64,000 nucleotides of DNA from the human T2T-CHM13v2.0 reference genome, Homo sapiens: assembly GCF_009914755.1 (NCBI RefSeq), contig NC_060936.1; one strand, 5' to 3'. The translations under genes and the position numbers were made by a program. This document shows positions 1-26,579 of this stretch, piece by piece. Below the pieces are notes generated by a model. That model was not told the DNA's origin. It ran no database searches and saw only the letters and a list, made by a program, of their open reading frames with translations. How positions within the stretch are numbered: the first letter of the stretch is position 1; every line of letters starts with the position of its first letter.

Positions 1-76
1 GAGATCGTGCCACTGCACTCCAGCCTGGGTGACAGATCAAGACTCTGTCTCAAAAAAAAAAAAAAAAAAAAAAAGA

Positions 77-490
77 CTGGATAAAGAAAGTGTGGTACAT
101 ATGCACCATGGAATACTATACAGCCATAAAAAAACAGAATCATGTCCTTTGCAGCAGCATGAATGGAGTTGGAGGCCATTATCCTAAGTGAATTAACACA
201 GGAACAGAAAACCAAATACTGCATGTTCTCACTTATAAGTGGGAGGTAAATAGTGGGTACTCATGGACATAAAGGTGGTCACAAAAGACACCAGGGACTA
301 CTAAAAGAGGATGGGAGGGAGGGGCCAAGGGCTAAAAAGCTAATTTGGGGGTACTATGCTCAGTATATGGGTTCAATTATACCCTGGGTGACAGGATCAG
401 TTGTACCCAAAACCTCAGCATCATGCATATATCTAGGTAACACGTATCCCCTGAATCTGAAATAAAAGTTGAAATTCTTTTTTTAAAAAA
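77..490 (+). mobile_element. L1 3' end fragment (L1PB/L1MA-like)
   Basis: tggataaagaaagtgtggtacatatgcaccatggaatactatacagccataaaaaa...catgttctcacttataagtggga...ccctgaatctgaaataaaagttg. Confidence 0.8.
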
Positions 491-873
491 ATAGCAGTAG
501 AAGGAAGCTTAAACTGATAAAGAGCATCTATAAAGAATAAGCTAACCATCCTACCTAATGGTAAAATAATGAATGCTTTCCCTATAAAATCAGGAACAAA
601 GCAAGGATTTTAGCCTGTGCAATGGGCAAGAAAAAGACATTAAAGGCACACAAATTGGAAATCAAAAAGGGAAACTTTATTCACAGATGACATGATTATG
701 TAAATGTAGAAATGCTTAAGGAATCTACAAAACAATCTAGTAAAACAAGTTCGTTGAGGTTATAGGAAGACAAAAATCAATATGTCTATACTTGCAATAA
801 ACTATCTGAAAACAAAATTTAAGAACACAATTCCATTCATAATAGCGTTTATTTATTTATTTTTATTTTTTGA

Positions 874-975
<102 letters not shown>

Positions 976-987
976 TGAGCTTCCTGA

Positions 988-1188
<201 letters not shown>

Positions 1189-2050
1189 TAGGAACAGATT
1201 TAACAAAAGATGTGTAAGACTTGTACACTGAAAACTACAAAAACATCACTTAGAGAAATTAAAGAAGACTTAAACTAAATGGAGACTCATACTGCATTCA
1301 TGGGTTAGAAGACTCAATGTTGTTAATACGGCAATTATTCACAGATTGGCCTATCAAAATGCCAGTAGGATTTTTCGTGCAAACTAACAAGCCGATCCTA
1401 AAATGTATATGGAAAGGCAAGGGATCTAGAATAGCCAAAATTATTTTGGGGAAAAAAAAAAAAAAAAACTGAAGGAGTTAGACTGTCTGATTTCAAAACG
1501 TATTATAAAACCACAGCAATCAACACATTGGGATAAAGACAGACCTGTAGAGGCTGGGAGTGGTGGCTCATGCCTGTAATCCCAGCATTTTGGGAGACCA
1601 AGGCAAGAGAATGGCTTGAGCCCAGGAATTTAAAGACCAGCCTGCGCAATACGGTGAGCCCCTATCTCTGCAAAAATAAAAAAAAACAGGTGTGGTGGTA
1701 CGCAGCTATAGTCCCAGCTACTTGGAAGGTTGAGGCAAGAAGGTCACTTGAGCTCAAGAGTTTGAGGCTTCAGTGAGCCATGATCATGTCACTGCACTTC
1801 AGTCTTGGGTAACACAATGAGACCATCTCTAAAAAAATTAATTTAATTTTTGAAAGATAGACTGTAGATTAATGGAACACAACATGGAGGGGGAAAAAAA
1901 ACCTTATATTTATGGCCAGTTGATTTTCACAACAGTGCCAAGGCAATATAATGGAAAACAGTCTTTTCAACAAATGATGCTGGGACAACTGGATATCCTT
2001 ACGCCGCGAAAAAAAACCCTTGGAGCTTTTCTCCGTACTATATTCAATAG

Positions 2051-2402
2051 TGGTACAATCTGAATGTTTGTGTCCATCCAAAATTCATATGTTGAAATCC
2101 TCACTCCCAAGGTATGATATTAGGAAGTAGGGCCTTTTGAGAGGGCAGAGCTCTCATCAGCGAGATTAGTGCCCTTATATGGGAGGCCCCAAAAAGCTGC
2201 CTTGCCCTTCCACCACGTAAGGATACAGCTGGAAGTCACAACTTATGAACCAGAAAATGGCCCTAATCAGACACCGAATCTGCCAGTGCCTTGATCTTCA
2301 ATTTCAGCATCCAGAATTGTGAGAAATAAATTCCTGTTGTTTATTAAGCAACTGTTTATAAGCAGTCTATGACATATTTTAGCAGCACAAAGAGACTTAG
2401 AG
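2051..2402 (+). mobile_element. MaLR LTR (MLT1A-type) inserted in L1
   Basis: ctgaatgtttgtgtcc...aaattcatatgttgaaatcc...ccagaattgtgagaaataaattcctgttgttt. Confidence 0.8.
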
Positions 2403-4215
2403 AAATAATTAACTCAAAATGGATCATAGACCTAAGTATAAGAGCTACAGTTGCAAGACTTCTAGAAAAAAGCAAAGAGAAAGTCCTTGAGTCATTGGAT
2501 TAGGCGATGATTTCTTAGGACACCAAAAGCACAACCATTAATAAAAATAAAAATGATAAATTGGACTTCATCAAAATTTAAACATGTATCCTCTTCAAAA
2601 GCCACCATTAAGAAAATCAATGGAAAAAGAGCTGCAAATATCTCCAGCAGTGTATAAAAAAAGATAATACATCATAACCAACTGGCTTTTTGCCAGGAAT
2701 GTAAATGCTAATTTGACATATTATTATCATTCTGAAAACCCTTTCCTTATTACGTTTTTGTTGCATGCATTTCCATTTCAATATGATATTAGTAATTTTA
2801 TTGGCCTCCCTGAACCAAAATGATGTAAAGCAAAATATATGGTTTATTAAGAAGGGTCTGACTAGAAAAGAAGGCTGAAAGTAGTCATGTGTAAATTGTT
2901 ATCATTAACGAGAATTTTTAAGGAAAAATTTGTTTTAAGGCCAGGCAAAGAGGCTAATGCCTGTAATCCCTAAACTTTGGGAGTCTGAGGCAGGTGGATC
3001 ACTTGAGCTCAGGAGTTTGAGACCAGCCTGGGCAACATGGCAAAACCCCGTCTCCACAAAAAATACCAAAAAATTAGCAGGGCATGGTGGTATATGCCTG
3101 TAGTCCCAGCTACTCAGGAGGCTGAAGTGGGAGGATCACTTGAGGCCCACGAGGTTGAGACCGTAGTAAACTGTGATTGTGTCACTGCACTCCAGCCTGA
3201 GCAACAAAGCAAGAGCCTGTCACAAAAACATTAAAAAATAAAAAATTGGATAAAGATTTGAAAAGATAAGTCACCATAGTGTTTGCAGAAACAAAAAAGA
3301 TTTGAAAACACATTTCACCAAGGTAGGTATACAAATGGCTAATAGTACATGAAAAGCTGTTAACACTGGCTGGGTACAGTGGCTCACACCTGTAATCTCA
3401 GTGCTTTGGGAGGCCAAGGTGAAAGGATCACTTGCAACCAGGAGTTTGAGACCAGCCTGAGCAACAAAGCAAGATCTCATTGCTACAAAAATTAGCTAGG
3501 CACAGTGGTACATGCCTGTAGTCCCAGCTACTTGAGAGGCTAACACACAGGAGGGTCACTTGAGCCTAGGAGCTCAAGGCTGCAGTGAGCTATGATCGCT
3601 GTACTACACTCCAGCATGGGTGACACAGCAAGACCTCATTTCAAATATATATTTATGTTAATATCCTTGAAACCTCAATGAGATGCCACTATGCAACTGC
3701 TAGAATGATAATCCAAAAGACTAACAAATCAAGTGTTAGTAAGGATGTGGAGAAACTGGAGCCCTTATACATTGCTGAGGAGAATGTAAAATGGTAAAGC
3801 CACTTAGGAAAACAGTTTGACGGTTTCTGGGAAAGTTAAATATGCACTTACCCTGTTAAGCATAGTTACCATATGACCTAGCAATTCCATTCCTGGATAT
3901 CTACCAAAGACAAATGAAAACATGTCCACACAAAAACTTATGAACGCTCATCATAGCATTATTAATAATACACCAAACAGGAAACAATTCAAAGTCCACC
4001 AACTAGTGAATGGATATACAAAACATGATATATCCATTCAACAGAACACTATCCCACAACAAAAAGGAAGAAAGCTATCCTGCAATATAGATGAACCTTG
4101 AAAACCTTGGTATATAGCTAAATGAAGGAAGCTATATACAAAAGACTACAAATGTGTGATTCCATTTATATAAAATTTCAAGAAAAGGCAAACCTATAGA
4201 GACAGGAATCAGTAA

Positions 4216-4419
<204 letters not shown>

Positions 4420-5017
4420 TAGTAGAGACGGGGTTTCTCCATGATGGTCAGGCTGGTCTTGAACTCCTGACCTCAGGTAATCTGCCCGCCTCAGCCTCCC
4501 AAAGTGCTGGAATTATAGGCGTGAGCCACTGAGCCCAGCCCATCAGTCATTTCTTAAGTGTGGGGCTGGAGCTGGGAATTGATTACAAGTGAGCATAGGA
4601 GGACTCTGTGAGGTGAAGGAAATACTCTAAAACTGGATTGTGGTGCTGGTGTAAATTTAGCAGAAATCACTCAACTGCATTGGTACAATGTGTGATATTC
4701 ATGTTATGTAAATTAAACCCTAATAAAGCTGTAAAAAAATGACAAAAGGGTAAGCTTTTTAACATCACACATTTGGAGAATTCAAAACACACTACTAAAT
4801 GACTCATATGTCAAAGAGGAAATCATAATAATTTTAAATACTTAGAATTGAACAATAATGTATATGGTACATAACAAAACTTGAGAGCTGCAGATAGAGG
4901 TAAAACATAAAATTTAAAGTTTTAGAAATATATATTTTTAGTTTGAGGCTAGGTGCTGTGTCTCACGCCTGTAATCCCAGCACTTTGGGAGGCTGAGACG
5001 GGCAGATCACGAGGTCA

Positions 5018-5260
<243 letters not shown>

Positions 5261-5871
5261 TTAGTTAGTTAGTTTGAATCATACGGAAGAGCAAACATTT
5301 GACCTAATATTGAAGAATAAAGTCTGAACACTATGAATTCAAAGTCTAGCTTTTTTAAAGTTTAAATAAACATTGCACTGGCCAAGCACAGTTGTTCACA
5401 CCTGTAATCCCAACACTTTGGGAGGCCAATGTGGGAGAATTGCTTGGGCCCAGGAGTTCAAGACCAGCCTAGGCAACAGAGCAAGACCCCATCTCTCTAA
5501 AAAAAAAAAAAAAAAAAAAAAAAAGAATATTACAGCCAGACATGGTGGTACATGTCTGTAGTCTCAGCTACTATGGAGGGAGGCTAAAAAAAGAAAGAAC
5601 ATTCTAAACCCATAGAAAGCAGAAAAAAAGACATAAAGGTAAGCACTGCAGTTAATGAACAGAAAATAAAGATAGAAAAGAGAAAACCAACAAGCCAAAA
5701 TCCAGTTTTCTGAAAAAACAACAAACCACTGGTAAGACTGGTGACAAAAGGAAAGAAGGCACAAATACAAATTAATATTATGAACTAACATATAGCACAG
5801 TACTTTTTAAAATGTTATGCTGTAAATTTTAGTACTTAGACAAAACGAATAAATTCCTTTGTAAATAACCC

Positions 5872-5972
5872 AAACTGAAATTAATAAATTGACTAAATAT
5901 GAAAATGGTAACTAGCCAAAACTGAAATTAATAAATTGACTAAATATGAAAATGGTAACTAACCAAAACTGA
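5872..5972. repeat. 47-bp tandem duplication (2.1 copies)
   Basis: aaactgaaattaataaattgactaaatatgaaaatggtaacta(g/a)cca twice, one mismatch. Confidence 0.9.
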
Positions 5973-7847
5973 CCAAAGAAGAAATGGAAATCCTCTATAG
6001 TCCTATAGAGTGTAAAGGAATTGAATCAGTAGATTTCTTTTTCAAAAATAAAAAACCAGAACTCAGAACAAGTGAGTTCTACCATAATACCAGAGACAGA
6101 TCATCTAAATCCTATACATACGCTTCCAAAGAATACAAAAGGAAGGAATATACTCCAGCTCAGTGTATGAAATAATCATATTATTGATTCCAAAATCAAG
6201 TAAACGCAGTAAGAGAAAGCCCAACGTTATAAATGCAGGCATTTCAAACAAATTATTAGTAATAACACACTAAATCTACAAAGTATATTATAGATAGAAT
6301 TGATGGTCAGGTACAGTGGCTCACATCTGTCATCTCAGCACTCTGGGAGGCCAAATTAGGAGGCTTGCTTGAGGCCAGGAGTTCAAGATCAGCCTGAGCA
6401 ACATACTGAGACACTGTTGCTACAAAAAAAACCAAAAAATTATCTGGGCATAGTGGTGCACACCTGTAGTCCTAGCTACTCAAGAGGCTGAGGCAGAAGG
6501 ATCACATGAGCCCAGGAGGTTGAGGCTGTGGCAACCTATGACTGTGCCACTACACTAGGCACCAGCCTAGGCAACAGAGCAGGACGCTGACTCAAAAAAA
6601 ATAGAATTAATCATAACCAAATTAGGTTTATCTCAGGAATCCAAGGGTTTAAAATTAGAAGTCAGCCAGCTGTGGTGGTTCACACCTGTAATTCGAACAC
6701 TTTGAGAGGCCAAGGCAGGAGAATTGCTTGGGCCCATTCAAGAATGGCCTGGGCAATATAGCAAGACCTCAACTCTACAAAAAATTTAAAAATTAGCTGG
6801 GTGTGGTGGTACACACCTGTAATCCCAGCTACTTGGAAACTAAGGAGGGAGGATTACTTGAACCCAAGAAGCAGAGGTTGCAGTGAGTACGTCACTGCAC
6901 TCCAGCCTGGGTGACACAGCAAGATTCTGTCTCAAAAAGTAAATAAATAATAATGAAATAAAATAAAATGAGAAGTCTCAGCTGGGTGCAGTGGCTCATG
7001 CTTGCAATCCAAGCACTTTAGGAGGCCAAGGTGGGAAGATCACTTGAAGCCAGGAGTTTGAGAGCAGCCTGGGCAACACAGCAAGACCCCATCCCTACCA
7101 AAAATAACAATTAGCTGGGCATGATGGCACATGCCCATAGTCCCAGGCACTCGGGAGGTTGAGGTGGGAGGATTGCTTGAGCCCAGGAGTTTGAGGCTGC
7201 AGTGAGCTAATTGTGCCACTGCACTCTGGGACCCAGGCAAGAGGGCAAGACCCTGTCTCAAAAATAATAATATAAATAAATAAAATTAGAAGTCTCTTGA
7301 TGGAATTCATCACAGATTGGTTAAAGGATAAAAAATATTTTCTGAATAAATGCAGTAGAAGCATTGTTAGAAACTCTTAACAGTCTAGACATAGCAGGGA
7401 ATTTCCTTAACCTAATTAAGGTTAATGACCTCTAACCTACAGCAAACATCATTACAGTAAAACATTCCTTTAAAATCAAGAACAACTTCTCCACTTGTAT
7501 TCAATACTGTAGAAGTCCTACCAAGTGTGTTAATACTAGAAAAAGGTACACACACAACTTACAAAGGAAATAACAAAATATTCATTAGTCACAGATGATG
7601 TAACTAAAATAGGCTCTAAAATCCATTGGAATTAACAGAGTTTAGTAATACAGCCAGCATAAGACCATATACAAAATCTACTCCATTTCTATACACTAGC
7701 AGTAATTTTAAAACAGCCTCCCAAAGTGCTGGGATGACACACAAGGATGACTATAATTAAAAAGTTAGACAATAACAAGCATTGATGAGGATGTGAAGAA
7801 TTTGAAACCCTCGTACTTTGCTAGTGGGAATATAAAAAGGCACATCT

Positions 7848-8325
<478 letters not shown>

Positions 8326-8504
8326 GGTAAACATTCTTCTACAATCTTCCTAGGCATACATACATATTCATACACATATATATGAATATAATTTTACATA
8401 ATTATTGCATCAGTCACTTTGGAAAGAAAACATAAAACACTAACATTTAAATCACTGTAAAAATGTCTGCTCCAAGATAACTTACTGGTATTTTTTGTTA
8501 ACAG

Positions 8505-8647
8505 GTAACGCTACAAATATTTTACAAGATGCAGAAGTGCATTATATTTCTCGAGAGATGTGTAATTCTGAGAGGAGTTATGGGGGAATAATTCCTAACA
8601 CTTCATTTTGTGCAGGTGATGAAGATGGAGCTTTTGATACTTGCAGG
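8505..8647 (+). CDS. TMPRSS12: TMPRSS12 penultimate coding exon (trypsin-like serine protease domain)
   Basis: Acceptor tttttgttaacag| at 8504 and donor AGG|gtaaga at 8648. Translates (G)NATNILQDAEVHYISREMCNSERSYGGIIPNTSFCAGDEDGAFDTCR, typical S1 protease sequence. Joins in frame to GDSGGP of the next exon. Upstream exons lie outside the window. Confidence 0.93.
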
Positions 8648-8869
8648 GTAAGACCAAGTAATTTTCCTTTAAAATATTTTCTGAAGCCAGAAGGGAACTT
8701 GTCAAACAAGGCCTTTGATAACTTTCTGGTGGTCTTAATTATCAGGCCTAAAAATAATAAATCATTTTTTCTCCTTTTTAACTATTTCAACAATCCAAAT
8801 CTTCTTGGTTCCTGATTCCATGGTTTCTGCTGTCATCAGTAGACAGAATTTACCTTGAATTCTTTTTTT

Positions 8870-9600
<731 letters not shown>

Positions 9601-10520
9601 TTTTTTACTCTTCCTTTATTCCTCTTTTCTTCACTATTTCCAAAGCTACTAGTCCTTCACTCCTGAGTAACCCATGCTCTCACCTTTTCCTACTCATTCT
9701 CATTTCTGCAATCTAAAGTTTATCTTTTCTGTGTCCTTTTCCTTAAAAATCTTGCTGAATGAAATAGTAAAGAATCCAATCTAAGTGAATTGCATTCCTA
9801 GGCCAAACATCCTCATCATCAAAAAATAATTATTCAATGCCTGCCTTATATAGAGAATCGGAAACAGTTATCTCAGTGTCCTTGTTGTTTTGAGTGCATT
9901 AACAGGCCTTAGTAACAGCATTTGGGTGCATTCCTAATTTTGTATAGACTATGAAAGTGACCTGTCATTTATAATACTACTGAGAGGCTTTGCCATTTAT
10001 GCTCATTTTCCTGCACTAGCTATTGTCAACACTTAGAAACTTGTCTTCTATTGCAAGATGCCAGTTTACTCCTCTCCCTGGCAAGCAAACCACACACGTG
10101 CCTAAAAGAATCCTTCATACATCTTAAAGTTATCCTTTCCACACGCAGTATTCAGCAAGAGAATATTCTAATAATAGACAGTTTTGACAATATTTTGCAC
10201 ACTTCCTAAATTATATTTCTCCTGAGTAATTATATTTAAAAATCCAAACAATTTGATTTATAGTATTCTGGCTCAAAACCAGGCAGATGAGAAATTTATC
10301 TACCAGCTATATGGTTCCTCCAAATACCTGGGTAAAATTGAATTCCTCCTGTTTGAGTTGGAAGTTTAAGCTCAAAATCTAGTGATCTTTATAAATTGGG
10401 GGTATATTGAAAATGTGTATTTATATAAATGTATGTTTGATGTAAATAATTTATTCCAGTGTTACTGTTGCTTGAAGAATACTAGAAGTAACAAACACTA
10501 TTTTGGGACTTTTTTGACAG

Positions 10521-10772
10521 GGTGACAGTGGGGGACCATTAATGTGCTACTTACCAGAATATAAAAGATTTTTTGTAATGGGAATTACCAGTTACGGACA
10601 TGGCTGTGGTCGAAGAGGTTTTCCTGGTGTCTATATTGGGCCATCCTTCTACCAAAAGTGGCTGACAGAGCATTTCTTCCATGCAAGCACTCAAGGCATA
10701 CTTACTATAAATATTTTACGTGGCCAGATCCTCATAGCTTTATGTTTTGTCATCTTACTAGCAACAACATAA
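10521..10772 (+). CDS. TMPRSS12: TMPRSS12 last coding exon (catalytic Ser motif and C-terminal hydrophobic anchor)
   Basis: Acceptor tttttgacag| at 10520. GDSGGPLMC...GITSYGHGCGRRGFPGVY...QILIALCFVILLATT*, stop TAA 10770-10772. Gene identity from the recalled protein and adjacency to METTL7A. Confidence 0.93.
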   Translation, partial: GDSGGPLMCYLPEYKRFFVMGITSYGHGCGRRGFPGVYIGPSFYQKWLTEHFFHASTQGILTINILRGQILIALCFVILLATT

Positions 10773-11103
10773 AGAAATTCTGAAGGCTTTCATATCTTTA
10801 TTTTGCATTGTGTCCCTTTCTATGTTCTATATAATGAACATCATTTATTCTTCTAGCAATTAATTGCCTACATTAGAGATTTCATGTGAACATTTTATGG
10901 GCTATAAGTATTGTGACAGATATACAATTGTAATTTTGGCACTGAATCACATGTCTCCTTGAAATATCTTGATTATTTTATAATCATAATTCTGTATCTG
11001 GAATACTCATAGAGTTTGTACAAAATATTCAGTTAAACATATATGTGTATAAATGCCAAATAATAGTTTATAATTAAAATGAAAGCTGTCATTTGGTTAA
11101 ATT

Positions 11104-11109
11104 AATAAA
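11104..11109 (+). terminator. Probable TMPRSS12 polyadenylation signal AATAAA
   Basis: AATAAA about 330 nt after the stop codon, followed by T/GT-rich sequence. Confidence 0.6.
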
Positions 11110-11528
11110 AATTCTTTCTTAGATTTTATTCTAAAAAATGTTTGTATGATTTTTTTAAATTATAATCTTGTTTCCAATTCTCAAAGTATATTTAGAGAAA
11201 CAAGTATTTATCTGTTATTTAAATTCTAATTAAAACCATTTATTTAATATCAGTACTTCATTTCCTCTGCCAAGAGAGCTATGGTATACACACCCCCAAA
11301 TAATTTACTTTTTATTTAGAAATTTATGACTTTTTTCCAGGAGTATAACCTACTTTCTAAACTTTATTTTCTTGAAGCCCATGCTAAAATTTTGTATCCC
11401 ATGGGGCCTCTGAATTAACTGTGAGCAGCAACTGGAAAGCATGCCGGGTAAAAGAGGGACGCCAACCTGGGATAAACTTTATGATAACTAATGTATAAAA
11501 TGAATTAAAAGAAACAAAAGAAAATGAG

Positions 11529-14300
<2,772 letters not shown>

Positions 14301-14879
14301 AAAAGAAAATCATCCATAACCCTATTATGTAAAGACAGCTGCCATGAAATCCTACCTTTTTCAGTTACTATAATGGGTATTTTTACAAACCTTTATTAAA
14401 CATTATTTTACCCCAACTATTTTGAAAAATTTCAAACCTACTGAAAGTTGAAAAATAGTACTATGATTACCTGTATATACTTTACCTTTTTCCCCCAAAT
14501 ATTAACATTTTGCCCTGTTTACACTCATACTCTCTCTCTCCAAACACAAACACACACAGACTTACACAGACATATTATACACACACAAACTCTCTCTCTT
14601 TTGTTTTCTGGTTGAAAAATTTGAAAGTAAATTGCTGGCATCATGTTACTTCATCCCTAATACTTCAGCATGTATCTCCTAAGAACAGTGACATAATCAC
14701 AACACCATCATCACACCAAAGAAATTTAACACAGATTTGTTCTATTTTATAAATTGTGCACTCATTTCTTTGGTTTATTAATCTATTGCATAGATATTCC
14801 ATTATTTTATATTGTTTCATTCTGATTATAAAAGTACAGTATATGTTCACTATAAAGAAAAAGCACAACTATTACAGAA

Positions 14880-15224
14880 ACTATTTGGGCTGCTATAACA
14901 AAATATAATAAAATGCTGGCTTATAAACAACAGAAATTTATTTCTCACAGTTCTGGAAGCTGGGCAAGGCGCCAGCTATTTCGGTGTCTTCTGAGGTCCC
15001 ACTTTCACCTTCACAGAAGGCATCTTCAAACTGTGTCCTCACATGGCAAAAGGGGCCAGGCCACTCTCTGGAGCCACTTTATAAAGGAACACTAACCCCA
15101 TTCACGAGGGCTCCATTCTCATAATGAAATCACCTCCCAAAGGCCTCACCTCCTAATAGCATCACATTGATGATTAGCTTCCCAACATGAATTTTAGGTG
15201 GCCACAAACATTCAAATCATAGTA
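14880..15224 (-). mobile_element. MaLR LTR (MST/MLT1A-type)
   Basis: gggctgctataacaaaata...ggcttataaacaacagaaatttatttctcacagttctgga...cacaaacattcaaatcatag. Confidence 0.75.
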
Positions 15225-15329
15225 CTTTTTAAGTAAAATTTTAGGAATTAAGTCAAAACCACAGACTGAACACATGTTCTAGCCACCTTCCTGTTCCACA
15301 TTCCTAATTTGAGAGTATTATATTTATTT

Positions 15330-23900
<8,571 letters not shown>

Positions 23901-24309
23901 AGAGGAATCGACATGTTAAAATTATATCTAGATGGTGAAATTCAAGTTACAAATATAAGTATGAAATAACAATATATTTCTGGTTTTCTGGAAAACACAA
24001 CAGTTGTGACAGACACTTATCACTTTGGCCAAATAAACAGAGAAGATGGGCAGAAGAGCCATAGAGGTAAGCAAAGATTAGATTAAACAGTTCAAATAAG
24101 CCTCAGCTTTTTTTTTTTTTTTTTAAATACAGGCTCTTTCTGAAACCCTTAGCTCTTTTAAGAACTAAAAATAGGAAATGTGTAGTAAATACTTCTGAAA
24201 TACAGTGATTTCAGTACATTAACAAATAATCATCACTGAATTCATGCATTCAAAGAAACTTGTTGGTTTTGATCACTAAACACTGGATTCAAATTAAGTT
24301 ATAGCTGCT

Positions 24310-24624
24310 CAGCAACATAAGCAAGGTGGCAGAATAGGAGGTCCCCAGCTCTAGTCCCCCTTGCAGAAAAAGTAATTAGCAAATATCTAAATAGCCATGT
24401 TCAAGAACACCTCTGTGAGCAGTGAGCATCCTGGGCAAAGTAGCAAGACCTCGTCTCTACAAAAAAAAAAAAAAATTAATTAGTCAGGTGTGGTGATGTG
24501 TGCCTATGGTCCCAAATACTCAGGAGGCTGAAGTGGGAGGATTGCCTGAACGTGGGAGATCGAGACTGCAATGAACCACAATCGTACCATTGCACTCCAG
24601 CCTGGGTGACAGAGCAAGATCCTG

Positions 24625-24659
<35 letters not shown>

Positions 24660-25743
24660 CTGTACAAATCCCAGAACCTGGGGGTGAGACTTAATCCCCC
24701 TCTGGTAACACAAAAACTAAGAAAAGCCACATTTTACAATGTGGTAAGAAAGCCATTTTACTTCCATCATATCACCTCTCTGCTGGAAAAGCACAGCACC
24801 ATACCAAGAGGTATCCCCTGGGTCTACAGTTTCTCCGAGGAGCAAAAGAGAGCCCGAGGCAGACATCCAGCTTCCAAAGTGTTCAGAGGTACTTCCCAGG
24901 AGGACCACTTCTGCCTTGTCTCATGGGAAACACTGTGGATATTAATAGGGCTAAACTACCTGGGGTCAGGTAGGAACAAAGAAGTGGAGTGACGCCCTTC
25001 TGGTGACCTTACATGAACATTAAGCCCAGACAGCAGCTCCACCCACCTGCGCAGCTGATCTAGCAGCCCCATCTGGCTAGGGAGCAGAGTCAGCAATTCT
25101 GCCAACCTGAGGTCTCTAGCCAGAGGTCTAGCTCAGCTGCAGAGCTCAATCTGTGGCCCCCACCTGACTGTAGAACACATCTTGTGGCCCTGCATGATTA
25201 AGAAGCCCAGCCAGAGACCCTGTCTCACTGTGCACCACAGCCTGAGGTCACGCCCCACCATAGAGGATAGCCAATGGCCCTGCCTGATCATGGAGCTCAG
25301 CTTGCTGTCCCACCCAACGGCAGGGCCAAGTCAGCAGCCCCACCCAAACAGGGAGCCTGACCAGCAACCCTACCCTACCAGATAGCACAGTTAACAACCA
25401 TGTCCAATTGCAGAGTCCATCTTGCAACCAAACCCTCTGCGAGGTACATCCTGAGACCCCACCCAACCTGAAGCTTGGTCAGCAATTCAGATCCATAGTG
25501 GAACAAAGTCAGCAACTCCACCCAGGTGGGGAACCCAGCCAGTGACCCCATCGAACTACAGAGCCCAGTTGGCAGCCTTGCCCAATTGCAGAGTCCAACT
25601 AGCAGCATCACTCCTGCTGGAAAATGCAACCTGTGATCCCACCAGACTAGAGGCAATGATGGAGCCCAGATAGTTGCCCCATATGACCTCAGAGAATGGG
25701 CAACATCCTTGTCCAACCAGCAACCCCAGTAGCAAGTCCCAAG
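24310..25743 (+). mobile_element. Old L1M 5'UTR with degenerate tandem monomers (left of provirus)
   Basis: Starts with a CAAGaTGGC-like motif (gcaaggtggcagaatagga); repeated gcagagcccagcc...ccccacc units 25020-25740; continues after the provirus. Confidence 0.65.
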
Positions 25744-26521
<778 letters not shown>

Positions 26522-26579
26522 GATCCCCCTCTCAACAGGAAAACCCAAGTGCTGTTGGGGAGGTTGGCCAATGACCACT

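Noticed and set aside
8648-8815. ORF extension beyond the TMPRSS12 exon
   Set aside because: Intron read-through past a strong gtaaga donor; protease homology resumes only at 10521.
24498-24992. 164-aa ORF with a poly-Lys run
   Set aside because: Alu tail read into an L1 5'UTR; an artefact.
25020-25743. Possible CRISPR-like repeat-spacer array
   Set aside because: Eukaryotic DNA, degenerate units without unique spacers, no cas genes; fits L1 5'UTR monomers.
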